Source: Candidatus Bathyarchaeia archaeon
GTDB lineage: Archaea; Thermoproteota; Bathyarchaeia; Bathyarchaeales; Bathycorpusculaceae
DNA: 64,000 nt
Assembly: GCA_038883795.1 (NCBI GenBank)
Contig: JAVZLK010000004.1
Location: forward strand, 32,001 to 96,000
Direction of reading: 5' to 3'
The position numbers were made by a program, and so were the translations under genes. Shown here one piece after another: positions 50,839-61,376 of the stretch. Below the pieces are notes generated by a model. The model did not search any database. It saw only the letters and a program-made list of their open reading frames with translations, and was not told the DNA's origin. The first letter of the stretch is position 1, and every line of letters begins with the position of its first letter.

Positions 50839-51069
50839 TTATTCTATTTTTAAATGTTCGAGGATTTTGGCTTCTTGCATTTTTCCATCATCATCTATTT
50901 GGAATTCAAGCATTACACGGTCTTTTGCGTTTTTCTTGCTGTTAAACTCTTTTCCACAATTTCCACACTGGATATCCGATTCCATTTCCATGACATACCA
51001 AGAAGCATCCACATAATAGCGTCCACAATTTGGACAGCGCAAAACAGCCACATCTAACCATGTTTTCAT
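50839..51069 (-). CDS. Small zinc-ribbon hypothetical protein
   Basis: CPNCG and CGNCG pairs; start set at ATG 51069. Confidence 0.7.
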   Translation of the reverse strand: MKTWLDVAVLRCPNCGRYYVDASWYVMEMESDIQCGNCGKEFNSKKNAKDRVMLEFQIDDDGKMQEAKILEHLKIE

Positions 51070-51128
51070 TTTGATAATCTCCATTTTAGGCATAAACACC
51101 ATAGCACTTTATAAACCAGTCGTAAAAT

Positions 51129-52214
51129 ATGGAAATGCCAGTTAGGGGTTTGAAATTGCCGAAGATAAAAGTTGCTTTAGCAGGAGTTGGAAACTGTGCT
51201 TCTGCCCTAATCCAAGGCTTAAAATATTATAGCCAATGCGAAAACGAAGAAGAAAGCATTGGGCTTCGACACCTATTTTTAGGAGGCTTTCATCCGAGGG
51301 ATATCCAAATAGTTGCAGCCTTCGACATTGACGCTCGAAAGGTTGGAAAAGACCTTTCAGAAGCCATTTTTGCACAACCAAATAACGCGCCAAAAATAGT
51401 TGATGTTCAACCATCTAATGTTATTGTGCAAAAGGGACCAGTTTTGGATGGGGTTGGCGAATATACAAAAAATGTTGTCAAAATTAGCAAAGAACTGGAA
51501 GTTGATGTTGCAGAAACATTGAAAGATAAAGACGCAGAGATGCTTCTAAACTTGCTTCCAAGCGGAGCCGCAAAAGCTTCGCAATGGTATGCAGAACAAG
51601 CTCTAAAGGCAAATTGCGCCTTTGTCAATGCCACTCCAACGTTCATTGCCAGCGACGCCCATTGGAGTAAGCGTTTTGAAGATGTTGAGTTGCCGCTTGT
51701 TGGTGATGACTTAATGGATCAAGTGGGCGCAACTACATTACACAAAGCCTTGCTTAAGCTTCTTTCAATGCATGGTGTTCGTATAACTGAAACTTATCAG
51801 TTAGATGTTGGCGGAGGCACTGAATCCTTAGACACGTTGGAGAGGACGAGAGATTTGAAGAGAACCGTTAAAACGCGGTCTGTTGAAGGCGCATTACCCT
51901 ATAAGGCTGAGGTTGTGGCTGGGTCAATGGATTATGTGGATTTTCTCCAAAACAGGCGAGACAGCTACTTCTGGATTAGGGGCTTATACTTCTGCAAAAC
52001 ACCCATGCAAATAGACCTAAAACTCTCAACGGTAGATGCACCAAACGCTGGTTCCGTTCTCCTTGATGTTATAAGGGCTGTGAAAATAGCCTTAGAAAAT
52101 AAAATGTGGGGCGCAATCTTGCCAATCTGCGCTTATGCCTTCAAACATCCACCACAAATGGTTTCTTTGGAAACCGCTGAGAAAATGTTCAAAGACTTCC
52201 TCACGAAAAAGTGA
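51129..52214 (+). CDS. Myo-inositol-1-phosphate synthase family protein (divergent)
   Basis: GVGNCASAL, VAAFDID, KVGKD, GDD, QVGAT, TYQLDVGG, KHPP. Confidence 0.8.
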   Translation: MEMPVRGLKLPKIKVALAGVGNCASALIQGLKYYSQCENEEESIGLRHLFLGGFHPRDIQIVAAFDIDARKVGKDLSEAIFAQPNNAPKIVDVQPSNVIVQKGPVLDGVGEYTKNVVKISKELEVDVAETLKDKDAEMLLNLLPSGAAKASQWYAEQALKANCAFVNATPTFIASDAHWSKRFEDVELPLVGDDLMDQVGATTLHKALLKLLSMHGVRITETYQLDVGGGTESLDTLERTRDLKRTVKTRSVEGALPYKAEVVAGSMDYVDFLQNRRDSYFWIRGLYFCKTPMQIDLKLSTVDAPNAGSVLLDVIRAVKIALENKMWGAILPICAYAFKHPPQMVSLETAEKMFKDFLTKK

Positions 52215-52224
52215 TGGGCTTAAT

Positions 52225-53346
52225 TTATTTCTCTGCTAGTTTTTGCAGCTCTCTTAATATTTTCTCCTTCACTCCGCTCTGCTTCATTTTCTCCTTTAAC
52301 ATGGCAATGGTTTTCACCGGCGTTGGGTCTACTCTTCGCAGTAAAGCCAAATAAACGCTTGTGAAGTCTCCGATGGAAATGGTTGACAACATTTTTGCCA
52401 ATCTACTTTCGCCAACACTCCAAACCTCAAAAACCTTCACCTTTTCTTTGCACATTAACTCTTTTGTAACTTCAATTCTATCTCGAATCTCTTTTGGCTC
52501 TTCACCGTCTCGAAGGAAAATTGCCGAAAAATTCTCTGCCATTTTTCCTGCCTCTTCCCAACCAACAATTTCATTATGGTTAAGCTCCGGCAAAAATTCC
52601 CATTTGGATGGGATTTTACTGTTTTCATTAAACTGTTGTTTAAAACGTTGAGCAACACTTCGATAAAACCCAAAACCATAAACAACTGGAACAGTTCCAT
52701 TAATGTTTAATGCCAAAGTCTTCGAAAAATTAACGCTTGACGGTTTTTCTGGCGAATTCTCACTACTAACCTTTTCCAAAATTTTAACAGCCTCGGAAAT
52801 TTCTGTACCAACTTTTGAAACCAAACCGATTTTTTCTAAAGCTATGAGTAATGGCATGAAAAGGTATGGAAGGGCTGCGCGAGGGGGCATCCCAGAAGGA
52901 ATAGGAATAAATGACAAGCCAAATTTTTCAGCAAACTCTAAAAGTTTCCCTCCAGAGCTTACACAAACAATCATGCAGTCTCGCCTAATTGCGTCAAGAA
53001 AAACGCTTAATGTTTCCTCGGTATCTCCTGAATAGCTCACAACAAAAGCTAGCGTATTCTTGTCCGCATAGGCTGGTAAAGAATAATCCCTTTCGACCTC
53101 TATGGGAATAAGCGCCTTATCTCTTGCCCAATCTTTTAGAAGTTCTCCGCCTATGGCTGAGCCACCCATACCAGCAACGATAATTTTCTGGGGTTTTAGA
53201 TAATTAATTGAGAATTTTCTGGCAATTTTTGCCGCTTCTTCATAATGTTTTGAGGAGTTGACACAAAAAGATAGCATGTCGCTTTTGTCAATTTTCTTAA
53301 TTCTTTCAATATTGTCTAAAATGTTTGTTTTTGGCAATTTTAACAC
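52225..53346 (-). CDS. Bifunctional phosphoglucose/phosphomannose isomerase
   Basis: GMGGSAIGG, SYSGDTEET, PPRAA, QFNENSK, PELNHNEI. Confidence 0.92.
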   Translation of the reverse strand: MLKLPKTNILDNIERIKKIDKSDMLSFCVNSSKHYEEAAKIARKFSINYLKPQKIIVAGMGGSAIGGELLKDWARDKALIPIEVERDYSLPAYADKNTLAFVVSYSGDTEETLSVFLDAIRRDCMIVCVSSGGKLLEFAEKFGLSFIPIPSGMPPRAALPYLFMPLLIALEKIGLVSKVGTEISEAVKILEKVSSENSPEKPSSVNFSKTLALNINGTVPVVYGFGFYRSVAQRFKQQFNENSKIPSKWEFLPELNHNEIVGWEEAGKMAENFSAIFLRDGEEPKEIRDRIEVTKELMCKEKVKVFEVWSVGESRLAKMLSTISIGDFTSVYLALLRRVDPTPVKTIAMLKEKMKQSGVKEKILRELQKLAEK

Positions 53347-53430
53347 ACTGTTCTATACTATGCTTTTGATTTGGCATTTTAAGCTTTTATTTGTGAAAAG
53401 CGACTTTGAAAAGCGAAGGCGAAGGTTAGT

Positions 53431-54285
53431 TTGTCAAAGAAAAAGGTTTCCATAGCCATACCCGCCTCTGTTGTTTCAGACACGCCTCATTTACGTGAGA
53501 AAACAGCAAAGATAGGTTTGATTGGGAGGACAGCGGCAATTTTCAGAATCGACGAAATTATAATTTATCCGGATGATGCGGAGGTTAATCAGAAAAACGA
53601 GATTAATTTGATTGCTACACTGCTTTCCTACATGGAAACACCGCAGTATCTTCGAAAAAAACTTTTCAAACTTAAACCAGAACTGCGTTATGCTGGAATT
53701 CTTCCACCCCTTCGGACGCCACATCATCCAATAAACCGTAAAATCAAAAATCTAAAAGTGGGTGAATATAGGGATGGTGTGACATTATCAAAGACAAATG
53801 AGGGCACATTAATAGACATCGGGGTGGAAAAACCAGCATTATTAGTAAATAAGCAGTTGCCCATGCAAAAACGGGTTACAGTAAAAATCACAAAAACTGA
53901 AAAGCGTGTTGAGGTGGAGCTTGCAAATCGCATTGAAATACCAGAATATTGGGGTTATACGGTAACCGTAGAACCCAAATCTTTTGGTTCTCTCTTAAAA
54001 CGTGGAAGCTTCGACCTAACCATTGCCACATCAAAATATGGCGCTCCATTGACGGAAGTTGCCGAAAAACTGTCTGAAAGATGGAAAAAAGCTGACAAGA
54101 TTCTTTTAGCCTTTGGGGCTCCAACGCAAGGATTATACGAAATAGCCAAAAAGGAAGGATTAAACTTGGATGAGATTGTGGATTTTGTCGTTAATACTAT
54201 TCCAATGCAGGGAACAGAAACCGTCCGAACCGAAGAGGCGCTTATTGCTTCTTTAGCCATTTTTAACGTGCAATTCGACTTTTAA
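53431..54285 (+). CDS. SPOUT-family RNA methyltransferase (MTH1/DUF171 type)
   Basis: ETPQYLRK, AGILPPL, YWGY, NTIPMQGTETVRTEEA. Confidence 0.9.
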   Translation: MSKKKVSIAIPASVVSDTPHLREKTAKIGLIGRTAAIFRIDEIIIYPDDAEVNQKNEINLIATLLSYMETPQYLRKKLFKLKPELRYAGILPPLRTPHHPINRKIKNLKVGEYRDGVTLSKTNEGTLIDIGVEKPALLVNKQLPMQKRVTVKITKTEKRVEVELANRIEIPEYWGYTVTVEPKSFGSLLKRGSFDLTIATSKYGAPLTEVAEKLSERWKKADKILLAFGAPTQGLYEIAKKEGLNLDEIVDFVVNTIPMQGTETVRTEEALIASLAIFNVQFDF

Positions 54286-54317
54286 TGTTTAAATGTGTGT
54301 TCGCCTAATGAGGTTGT

Positions 54318-55316
54318 ATGTATTTCGACTTTGCCATGCCCTTAACTCTTTTCTTAGTCACGTTGGTAGCAATGTTGTTAAATGATAAGGTTGAGAGAAA
54401 ACTAAAAGGCGTTTTTGAAGAGAAGAAGTTTGGCTTTTTGGATGCCCTACTACTCATAGGCGCAATTAGCATCACTGTATGGCTTATAGTTTTCATTCCG
54501 CAAATGGCAGTTATGATAGTATTCCTCTTCGCCTATTCTACGCTTCTCTTCACTTTTACCTATATCTTCTCGAGCTTTGGAAAATTTGGAGCCAAACTTT
54601 TCTGCATGGCATTTCTCATAGTCGCCTTTTTGATAAGCACCATTACTCTTTTCACTTTCATTGAAAACAATACAGTCGTTTATGGAGTTCCAACCTTTTT
54701 TGGCTTATTCAGCTTCGCTTTTTTAGCCTTGCTTTACGAAGAAAGTAGGGTTAGCACAAAGGAAAGGTGGTATTTGGCTGTTTTGCCCCCAGCCTTGTTC
54801 GTAAGCCTATACATTTTTTTCAGTCGAACCCCCATCTGGTTTCCATATTTGCTGAATCTGTATGGAATAGTCTTCGCAGTTCTGATAATCCTCTATTTAG
54901 GAAGCCTTTTCACATGGAAAACCACATTATTTTTCGCCGGAGCCCTCACATTTATGGACATAATTCTCGTTTTGTTTAGTGGCGCCATGGTTTCCGCAGC
55001 AACCCACGTTTCGGGTCTAAGACTTCCAGTTTTGATTACTTTGCCGACAGTTCCGGAAATTGCAACAGAATTTGGCAAAGTTTACATGTCCTTGGGTTTA
55101 GGCGACTTCTTCTTCGCTGGGCTTCTAGCTTTGCAAACTTTTAAGAAGTTTGGGAAAGAGCTTGCAGTTTTATCCGCCATAGGAATGGGCATATCCTTTT
55201 TTATATTTGAGGCTTTTCTGCTAAATTATCGTCCCGGAGCTTTTCCAGGAACTTTAATGATTATCTGTGGATGGATACCATTTGTTTTATGGAAAAGCCT
55301 AAAAGGTAAGCGTTAA
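54318..55316 (+). CDS. Presenilin/signal-peptide-peptidase family intramembrane aspartyl protease
   Basis: Multiple TMs; FMDI (YD-like), LGLGDF (GxGD), AFPG (PAL-like). Confidence 0.8.
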   Translation: MYFDFAMPLTLFLVTLVAMLLNDKVERKLKGVFEEKKFGFLDALLLIGAISITVWLIVFIPQMAVMIVFLFAYSTLLFTFTYIFSSFGKFGAKLFCMAFLIVAFLISTITLFTFIENNTVVYGVPTFFGLFSFAFLALLYEESRVSTKERWYLAVLPPALFVSLYIFFSRTPIWFPYLLNLYGIVFAVLIILYLGSLFTWKTTLFFAGALTFMDIILVLFSGAMVSAATHVSGLRLPVLITLPTVPEIATEFGKVYMSLGLGDFFFAGLLALQTFKKFGKELAVLSAIGMGISFFIFEAFLLNYRPGAFPGTLMIICGWIPFVLWKSLKGKR

Positions 55317-55350
55317 ACAACCTTTTAAGAAATAAAAGAAATTTAACTTT

Positions 55351-55677
55351 TTAACCGAATAGTGCTCCTAAGCCTTCTAGCGCTGCCTCTTCCTTTGCCT
55401 TTTCTTCCTCTTCCTTCTTTTTCTTCTCTTCTTCCTTTGGCTTGGGTTCAGCTGCTGGCGCTGTTGATGCGAGCGCAGCGACAGCTGGTGCAGCCATCAT
55501 GGTTGGTGCGGTTTTGATAGCTTCGTCAATGTTGACTTCTGCTAGGGAAGCAACTAACGCTTTTACTCGGACTGCGTCGACGTTTATACCTGCTGCTGTC
55601 AAAACCTGCGTGAGGTTTTCTTCGTTTATTTCTTTTCCAGCTTTGTGAAGGAGCATGGCGGCGTAAATGTATTCCAT
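55351..55677 (-). CDS. rpl12: 50S ribosomal protein L12/P1
   Basis: [11 protein letters not shown]; Ala-rich hinge; GLGALFG. Confidence 0.97.
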   Translation of the reverse strand: MEYIYAAMLLHKAGKEINEENLTQVLTAAGINVDAVRVKALVASLAEVNIDEAIKTAPTMMAAPAVAALASTAPAAEPKPKEEEKKKKEEEEKAKEEAALEGLGALFG

Positions 55678-55704
55678 ACCTTTTCACCTCTTCATTCAAA
55701 TATT

Positions 55705-56589
55705 TTAACCTTTTTCAATCTGTTGGGTTTTTCCCTCTAAATTAGGCAGTCTACTACTTAAACTTAACATTTCCATATGCGCCTTCCTAATCAAGTCCAC
55801 TATCGTGTTCTTTGTGGGGATGGCGGCATTAATTGAAAGCGCATATGCCTCTTGATGAGCCAATTGCAAAAGGGTTACAGTGTTTTCTGGTGTTGGATAG
55901 GCGCAGCTTATTGAAAGGGCGAACGCATCTGCTTGGGCTTTTTGGATGGTTTGTTGGATTTCTTTTATGTCTATTTTGAGCTGTTCTTGGGTTATTATGA
56001 AACCATCATCATATATGACCCTAATGGATAATCCAGCTTCAACGGGTTTTATTCCAAGTTTTGATAGTACGCTTGCAAGTCTTTCATCGATTACGTCGCC
56101 CTTTCTCGCCACCAAAGTGTCTTTACTAACCCAAACGCTTCCAGCCTCAATCCTTGTTGGCAAACCCACAGCGTTCAATTGACTAATTATTGGTCCCGGA
56201 GGTTGTCCAGTGTTTCCAGCTGGAACTATGATGTCAAAGGCTGCTATGTCGCCAGCTTTCGCTGTGGTTCTAACTTTTCCTTTTTCAAGAATTAACGCCA
56301 ACTTGAAGGGGTTTAAATTAGTGAATAAGAAAATGTTTGAGCCCGCTAAATGTTCCGTGAGCTTCTCAATGTTCGGTTTTTCTTTGCATTTTTCAATGAC
56401 TTTTCTCATCAGCGTATTCTTTATTACCCTCATGTAAACTTTGTCTGAAAGATTTTTTTTGAACTCTTGCAGTTGGCTTGCTCTAACCTTTTGGAGACTT
56501 GCAACTCCTATAGCCTTGTATCGCTTTATTAGTTGGGCTATCTCTTCCACTTCGCCGATTTTTTCCTGCAAAACCTGTTGGGACGGCAT
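55705..56589 (-). CDS. rpl10: 50S ribosomal protein L10/P0
   Basis: KNTL, NPFKL, VPAGNTGQPPGP. Confidence 0.96.
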   Translation of the reverse strand: MPSQQVLQEKIGEVEEIAQLIKRYKAIGVASLQKVRASQLQEFKKNLSDKVYMRVIKNTLMRKVIEKCKEKPNIEKLTEHLAGSNIFLFTNLNPFKLALILEKGKVRTTAKAGDIAAFDIIVPAGNTGQPPGPIISQLNAVGLPTRIEAGSVWVSKDTLVARKGDVIDERLASVLSKLGIKPVEAGLSIRVIYDDGFIITQEQLKIDIKEIQQTIQKAQADAFALSISCAYPTPENTVTLLQLAHQEAYALSINAAIPTKNTIVDLIRKAHMEMLSLSSRLPNLEGKTQQIEKG

Positions 56590-56604
56590 TGGTTTTCCTC
56601 TCTT

Positions 56605-57255
56605 TTACGGTTTAATTTTTACTGGTTCGCCCATAGATGTTTTGATGTAGGTAGACTTGATGTTTTTCACTCCTCTTTTAAGTTTTGCCTCCACAGCCCT
56701 TAATATTGTCTGAATATTTTCAGCTATTTCCTCTTCCTTCATATTTTCTGTTCCGACACGACACTGCAAAATTGGCTGGTTTCTCATTCTTAAAATGACC
56801 GTCTTTCGATGCTTCTCTATCAGACTTGCTATGTCAACTGTTGGCGGAACTGGAATGGGCATTTTGCCCCTAGGACCCAAAACTGGACCTAAAACTTTGC
56901 CTACAGTAGGCATTAATGGGGCTTCAGCAATAAAGAAATCATAATTATTAGCAATTTTCCGCAGTTCCCTTTTGTTTCCAGCCAATCCCTCAAGCTCAGC
57001 TCTTTCAATGACGAGGTCTGCGTTGGCTTTTCTAGCTTTTAGGGCTAATTCTCCTGTGGCTATAACACATATTTTGTTTGTTTTTTCTGGCGAGTAGGGC
57101 AGTTCTATGATTTCTTGGATTTTGCCTTCTGGCGATTTCATGTCAATGTCCTTTAGGCTTAGGATTAGCTCTATGGATTGGTTAAAGTTTCTTTTTTTGG
57201 ATTTCTCTTTCGCTTCTTTAACCGCATTGAGTATTGTTTTTTGGTCTAGTGGCAT
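56605..57255 (-). CDS. rpl1: 50S ribosomal protein L1
   Basis: RNFNQSIEL, LGPRGKMP, KTSMG. Confidence 0.97.
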   Translation of the reverse strand: MPLDQKTILNAVKEAKEKSKKRNFNQSIELILSLKDIDMKSPEGKIQEIIELPYSPEKTNKICVIATGELALKARKANADLVIERAELEGLAGNKRELRKIANNYDFFIAEAPLMPTVGKVLGPVLGPRGKMPIPVPPTVDIASLIEKHRKTVILRMRNQPILQCRVGTENMKEEEIAENIQTILRAVEAKLKRGVKNIKSTYIKTSMGEPVKIKP

Positions 57256-57313
57256 TTTTGGGGCCTCGTGCCAATGAGGGAATAGTATGGGATTATAAAA
57301 ATATTCTCATCCT

Positions 57314-57802
57314 TTATTCTTTACTGAATAATTCGTCATGCTTTCCTTCATCAATTTCCCTTTGTACTTCTCGGGGGTCTTTGCCTTCCACTGTTACGCC
57401 CATGCTGACGCAACTTCCCAAGACTTCTTTTGCTGCTGCTTTTAGAGTTTTTGCCAAAAGCTCTGGCCGTTTAATCTTTGCTATACGTATAACTTGTTCC
57501 AAGGTCAAGTTTCCAACTTTTTGTGTGCTTGGCGTTCCGGAACCCTTCTCTATTTTTAATTCGCTAACAATTAAGGCGGACATGGTTGGCGTTCCAACGC
57601 TTACTTCAAACTCCTTTGTTTCTGGGTCAACAGAAACCTTCACTGGAACTTTCATTCCAGCATAATCCTTCGTAAGCTCATTAATCTTGTTAACGATCAT
57701 CATGACATTAACGCCTAAAGGACCCAAAGCCGGACCTAATGGTGGACCTGCTGTTGCTTGTCCTCCGCTTACAAGTAATTCCACAATTTTTTTCTCAGCC
57801 AT
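57314..57802 (-). CDS. rpl11: 50S ribosomal protein L11
   Basis: [26 protein letters not shown]. Confidence 0.97.
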   Translation of the reverse strand: MAEKKIVELLVSGGQATAGPPLGPALGPLGVNVMMIVNKINELTKDYAGMKVPVKVSVDPETKEFEVSVGTPTMSALIVSELKIEKGSGTPSTQKVGNLTLEQVIRIAKIKRPELLAKTLKAAAKEVLGSCVSMGVTVEGKDPREVQREIDEGKHDELFSKE

Positions 57803-58287
57803 TACTTTTCACCGCTTTCAGTTTTTGTTTTCTCCACAAGCTTAACATAATCAGAATGCACAGTTATTGGTAAGGTAAATGTTGCCTCCAAAAGCTCAAG
57901 GGTTACTTCCGCTTTGCTCTTGTCTATGCGTGTTATTTTTGCCCGCATTCCCTTGAATGGTCCGCCTGTCACTTCTACTATGTCATTTTCGCTTAACTCT
58001 TCAATCACTGGTTTTCTAACAATGTATCTTTCAATTTCTGAAAAGCTTACGACTCCCGGAACCCTTGAGCGCACATGCCTTATGCCAGCTATGGCTTGTT
58101 CTACAAAGTGGGGGCCCTCTGCTTCCACGAAAACGTATCCTCTTAAGGTTTCTGGGACGAGAATAGCCTTTATCGGTATGTTGTTCATTTCAATTCTTGC
58201 TGTGATCAATTTTGCTACATTCCGCTCTTGTCCGGTTGTGGTTTTTACAGCAAAAATTTTGGTGGGAAACTCTTCACTTTTCGCCAT
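57802..58287 (-). CDS. spt5: Transcription elongation factor Spt5 (NusG)
   Basis: TTTGQE, GYVFVEA, KOW motif GGPFKG. Confidence 0.96.
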   Translation of the reverse strand: MAKSEEFPTKIFAVKTTTGQERNVAKLITARIEMNNIPIKAILVPETLRGYVFVEAEGPHFVEQAIAGIRHVRSRVPGVVSFSEIERYIVRKPVIEELSENDIVEVTGGPFKGMRAKITRIDKSKAEVTLELLEATFTLPITVHSDYVKLVEKTKTESGEK

Positions 58288-58299
58288 AATTTCTCCTTC

Positions 58300-58485
58300 T
58301 TAAGTGGCTGTGGTTCCGCCTGGTTGCAGAATTGATGATAACAGTTTTATGACGAATCCTATTATTCCAATGGCGCCTATGCCCAAGAAGCATATTTTCA
58401 ATGATAGCCAAACCTCGCTTTTTCCTGGTTTTACGGCAAGCTTTAATGTTCTTGCAGCTTGGGATAGGAATGACCTTAAGCCCAT
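58300..58485 (-). CDS. secE: Protein translocase subunit SecE/Sec61-gamma
   Basis: LKLAVKP..E; TM GIIGFVI; upstream of spt5. Confidence 0.9.
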   Translation of the reverse strand: MGLRSFLSQAARTLKLAVKPGKSEVWLSLKICFLGIGAIGIIGFVIKLLSSILQPGGTTAT

Positions 58486-58609
58486 CTTAATCGCACTCTC
58501 AACATTTCAACTTTAACATAATAAACGTTGCTATAACTTTGATAAAGTGTTTAAACCCTTTCTATTAACTTTTCTCTTCCACATTGAGACGAGCCATGTA
58601 ATTTTTGAG

Positions 58610-59437
58610 TTAAACTTTTTGGATTGGAAGCCTTATTTCTTGGAGAATCTCAACAAGCTTTGGTTTGTGTTCGCCTTTTATTCCCTTCCAATCCAAAATT
58701 GCATGTTCAACTTTTTCTAGTGTTTTTTGCACGCATTGCCTTAAAATCTCTGTATCCACATATGGAATGGCATATTTTGGAATCATGTGACCAAAAGCTG
58801 TTTCATTCTCTAATGCCATTCTTGTGAATTTCGAGTTATAGTGGGGTCCACCTATACCAAGAACGGCTTTAGCCTCAGCCTTGCCGAAAGTGGATATGGC
58901 TTTTATTGCTGCGTGGGCGACGGCTTCAGCTGCCTTCAAATCGTTCCACTGTTTTGGTGAACTTCCTAACTCCACGAACATGGCTGGAACGTTTAATGAT
59001 GGTCCATGGTGGGTGCATTCATAACAAACCTCATAGTCTAAACGTAATGCATCCCTAAACTGTTTTAACGCCTTTAAGGCGTTTCTCATGGCGTTTGCCG
59101 GAGAAACAGAAACCTTTCTTGGAAGTCCGCCCAGTTCTGCTTCGCCCAAATTGCCAGGCGTGTGTACAGAAAGGGTTGGGGTACCGCTTTCGCTGCTATG
59201 CCTAGAAATGAAAACCACAAGTTCTAAATCCTTAAAGAAATCAGTTATGTTTTGTGCGCTTACTAATTCTTCATTTAACGTTACGAGTTTGGCTTCTCTG
59301 CCACCTATTTCGGCTATATAAATTGGATTTTCCTGAAAATTTTCAGTAACTCCATCAAAATTGTAGTGGTTCAGAATTTGCTTTTTAATGTTTAAGCTTG
59401 CCACATCTTTGTTTGAGGCGACTATTAGAATTGTCAT
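58610..59437 (-). CDS. dtdA: Archaeal D-aminoacyl-tRNA deacylase
   Basis: SRHSS, HTPGN, ECTHHGPS, FVELGS, GGPHY. Confidence 0.93.
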   Translation of the reverse strand: MTILIVASNKDVASLNIKKQILNHYNFDGVTENFQENPIYIAEIGGREAKLVTLNEELVSAQNITDFFKDLELVVFISRHSSESGTPTLSVHTPGNLGEAELGGLPRKVSVSPANAMRNALKALKQFRDALRLDYEVCYECTHHGPSLNVPAMFVELGSSPKQWNDLKAAEAVAHAAIKAISTFGKAEAKAVLGIGGPHYNSKFTRMALENETAFGHMIPKYAIPYVDTEILRQCVQKTLEKVEHAILDWKGIKGEHKPKLVEILQEIRLPIQKV

Positions 59438-59541
59438 TGGGCTTCCATGATTAGGATAGTGAATGTTAAGAAAAAGGTTTCCATAAAGCTTATAACAGTT
59501 AAAATCAGTTGAAGCCTTAAAAGTTTAAAGAGGCAGCTAAA

Positions 59542-60453
59542 ATGCACCTAATCAATTTTAAAGAATTGTCTGGTCAACAATTAACAGCAATAATCGATAA
59601 GGCTATAGAAGTTAAGCATAACCCTGAAAAATACAAAAATGCTTTAGCTGGCAAATCTTTGGCTATGATTTTTCAGAAGACCTCCACGCGGACAAGGGTT
59701 TCTTTTGAGGTGGCGATGACCCAGCTTGGTGGACATGCCCTATACATTGATTGGAGAACATCAAACTTCACTTTGGCTGATGTTTACGATGAGACGCAGT
59801 ATTTGTCTCGTAATGTGGATTGCATAATGGCAAGATTGCTAAGAAATGCTGATTTGCAAGTTATGGCTAAGGCTTCCCATGTTCCAGTAATCAACGGATG
59901 TGATGAGAAATATCATCCAAGCCAAGCCATAGCCGACTTAATGACCATAAAAGAGAAGAAAGGCAAGTTAAAAGGTGTTAAACTCGTTTACATAGGAGCC
60001 CACAACAACGTTTGCAACTCGCTTATTGAGGGGTGCACAAAAACTGGAGTAAAAATAACCACTGTAACGCCCATATTTAACGAGCCATCAAGGGATGAAG
60101 AGCTTTTAGAAAATGCGAAGAAAAGTGGGCTTTGGGAAACAACTTTAGACGTTAAAAAGGCTGTGAAGGATGCGGATTTTGTTTACACAGACACTTGGGT
60201 TGATATGGAATTTTTCCTCGACCCAAAATATGCTGCGGAAAAGGAGAAGCGCATCAAAATTATGATGCCATACCAAATAAACATGGAGCTATTAAAAGAA
60301 AGCAAAGCCTACATAATGCACGACATGCCAATCCACAGAGGATACGAAATAAGCCCAGACGTAATAGAAAGTCCAAAATCCATAATTTACGAACAAAGCG
60401 AAAACAGGCTTTATTCAGCAAAGGCGATACTGTTAAAACTATTGGAAAAATAA
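59542..60453 (+). CDS. argF: Ornithine carbamoyltransferase
   Basis: STRTRVSF, HPSQAIAD, YTDTWVDM, HDMP, ENR. Confidence 0.85.
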   Translation: MHLINFKELSGQQLTAIIDKAIEVKHNPEKYKNALAGKSLAMIFQKTSTRTRVSFEVAMTQLGGHALYIDWRTSNFTLADVYDETQYLSRNVDCIMARLLRNADLQVMAKASHVPVINGCDEKYHPSQAIADLMTIKEKKGKLKGVKLVYIGAHNNVCNSLIEGCTKTGVKITTVTPIFNEPSRDEELLENAKKSGLWETTLDVKKAVKDADFVYTDTWVDMEFFLDPKYAAEKEKRIKIMMPYQINMELLKESKAYIMHDMPIHRGYEISPDVIESPKSIIYEQSENRLYSAKAILLKLLEK

Positions 60454-60470
60454 CTAAAAGGCGTTGTAAG

Positions 60471-61376
60471 CTATTTCATTATCATTTGGACAAATTTTTC
60501 TGGGTTAAACTCTTCTAAATCGTCATATTTTTGTCCAGTTCCAATGAAGAGGATAGGTTTTTTGGTTACGTAGGTTACGCTTAGGGCTGAGCCTCCTTTG
60601 ATGTCTGCGTCAACTTTTGTCAGTATTGTTGCGTCTATCCCAACACTTTTGTGAAACTCTTCTGCCTGCATGACTGCATCATTGCCCGTTAAGGAATCCA
60701 CTGTTAGTATTGTTAGGTCTGGGTTTGCGATACGTTTGATTTTTGCCAGTTCGTCCATTAGGTTTCTGTTTGTTTGCATTCTTCCAGCCGTATCTATCAA
60801 AACCACGTTTATTCCGTGGGCTTTTGCGTGGTTTATGGTATCATATGCCACAGCGGCGGGGTCTGAGCCATATTTGTGCCTAATCATTCGCATTTCTAAA
60901 CGTTTTGCATGTTCCTCTAACTGCTCTATTGAACCAGCCCTGTAAGTGTCGCTGCATGCTAACACAACCGAATAGCCTTTCTTGTTTAGGAATTTGGCGA
61001 CTTTGGCTATGGTTGTGGTTTTTCCTGTACCGTTTATGCCGACGAAAACTATGACGAAGGGTTCGCCTTTCTTGCGTTTTTCCTCAACAGCCCTTAACAA
61101 ATCAATTTTATTATTTGTTAGCATGGTCTCCAAAAGGACTTCTTTGAGGTTTTTCTCCACTATTTTTCTGCGGTCTTCCAATCGTTTTACTTGGACACCG
61201 TCTAAGCGTTTTTCCATTTCATTGCATATTCTTTCAGCCACTGGATAAGCAACATCATTTTCCACGAGGCTTATTTTGAATTCTGAAAGAAGCGGGCGGA
61301 GGTTTTCAGCTTTGAGCTCTGTTGTTGTAACTTTATTTACGAGTCCTTTTAGTCCAGATTTGAGTTTTTCAAACAT
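60471..61376 (-). CDS. ftsY: Signal recognition particle receptor FtsY
   Basis: GINGTGKTTT, DTYRAG, DTAGR, TKVD, GTGQ. Confidence 0.97.
   Translation of the reverse strand: MFEKLKSGLKGLVNKVTTTELKAENLRPLLSEFKISLVENDVAYPVAERICNEMEKRLDGVQVKRLEDRRKIVEKNLKEVLLETMLTNNKIDLLRAVEEKRKKGEPFVIVFVGINGTGKTTTIAKVAKFLNKKGYSVVLACSDTYRAGSIEQLEEHAKRLEMRMIRHKYGSDPAAVAYDTINHAKAHGINVVLIDTAGRMQTNRNLMDELAKIKRIANPDLTILTVDSLTGNDAVMQAEEFHKSVGIDATILTKVDADIKGGSALSVTYVTKKPILFIGTGQKYDDLEEFNPEKFVQMIMK

Noticed and set aside
57256-57313. Possible L1 autoregulatory RNA site (CCTC-N8-GAGG hairpin) upstream of rpl1
   Set aside because: The stem is only 4 bp and I could not match the L1-binding consensus; the spacer may just hold an internal promoter.
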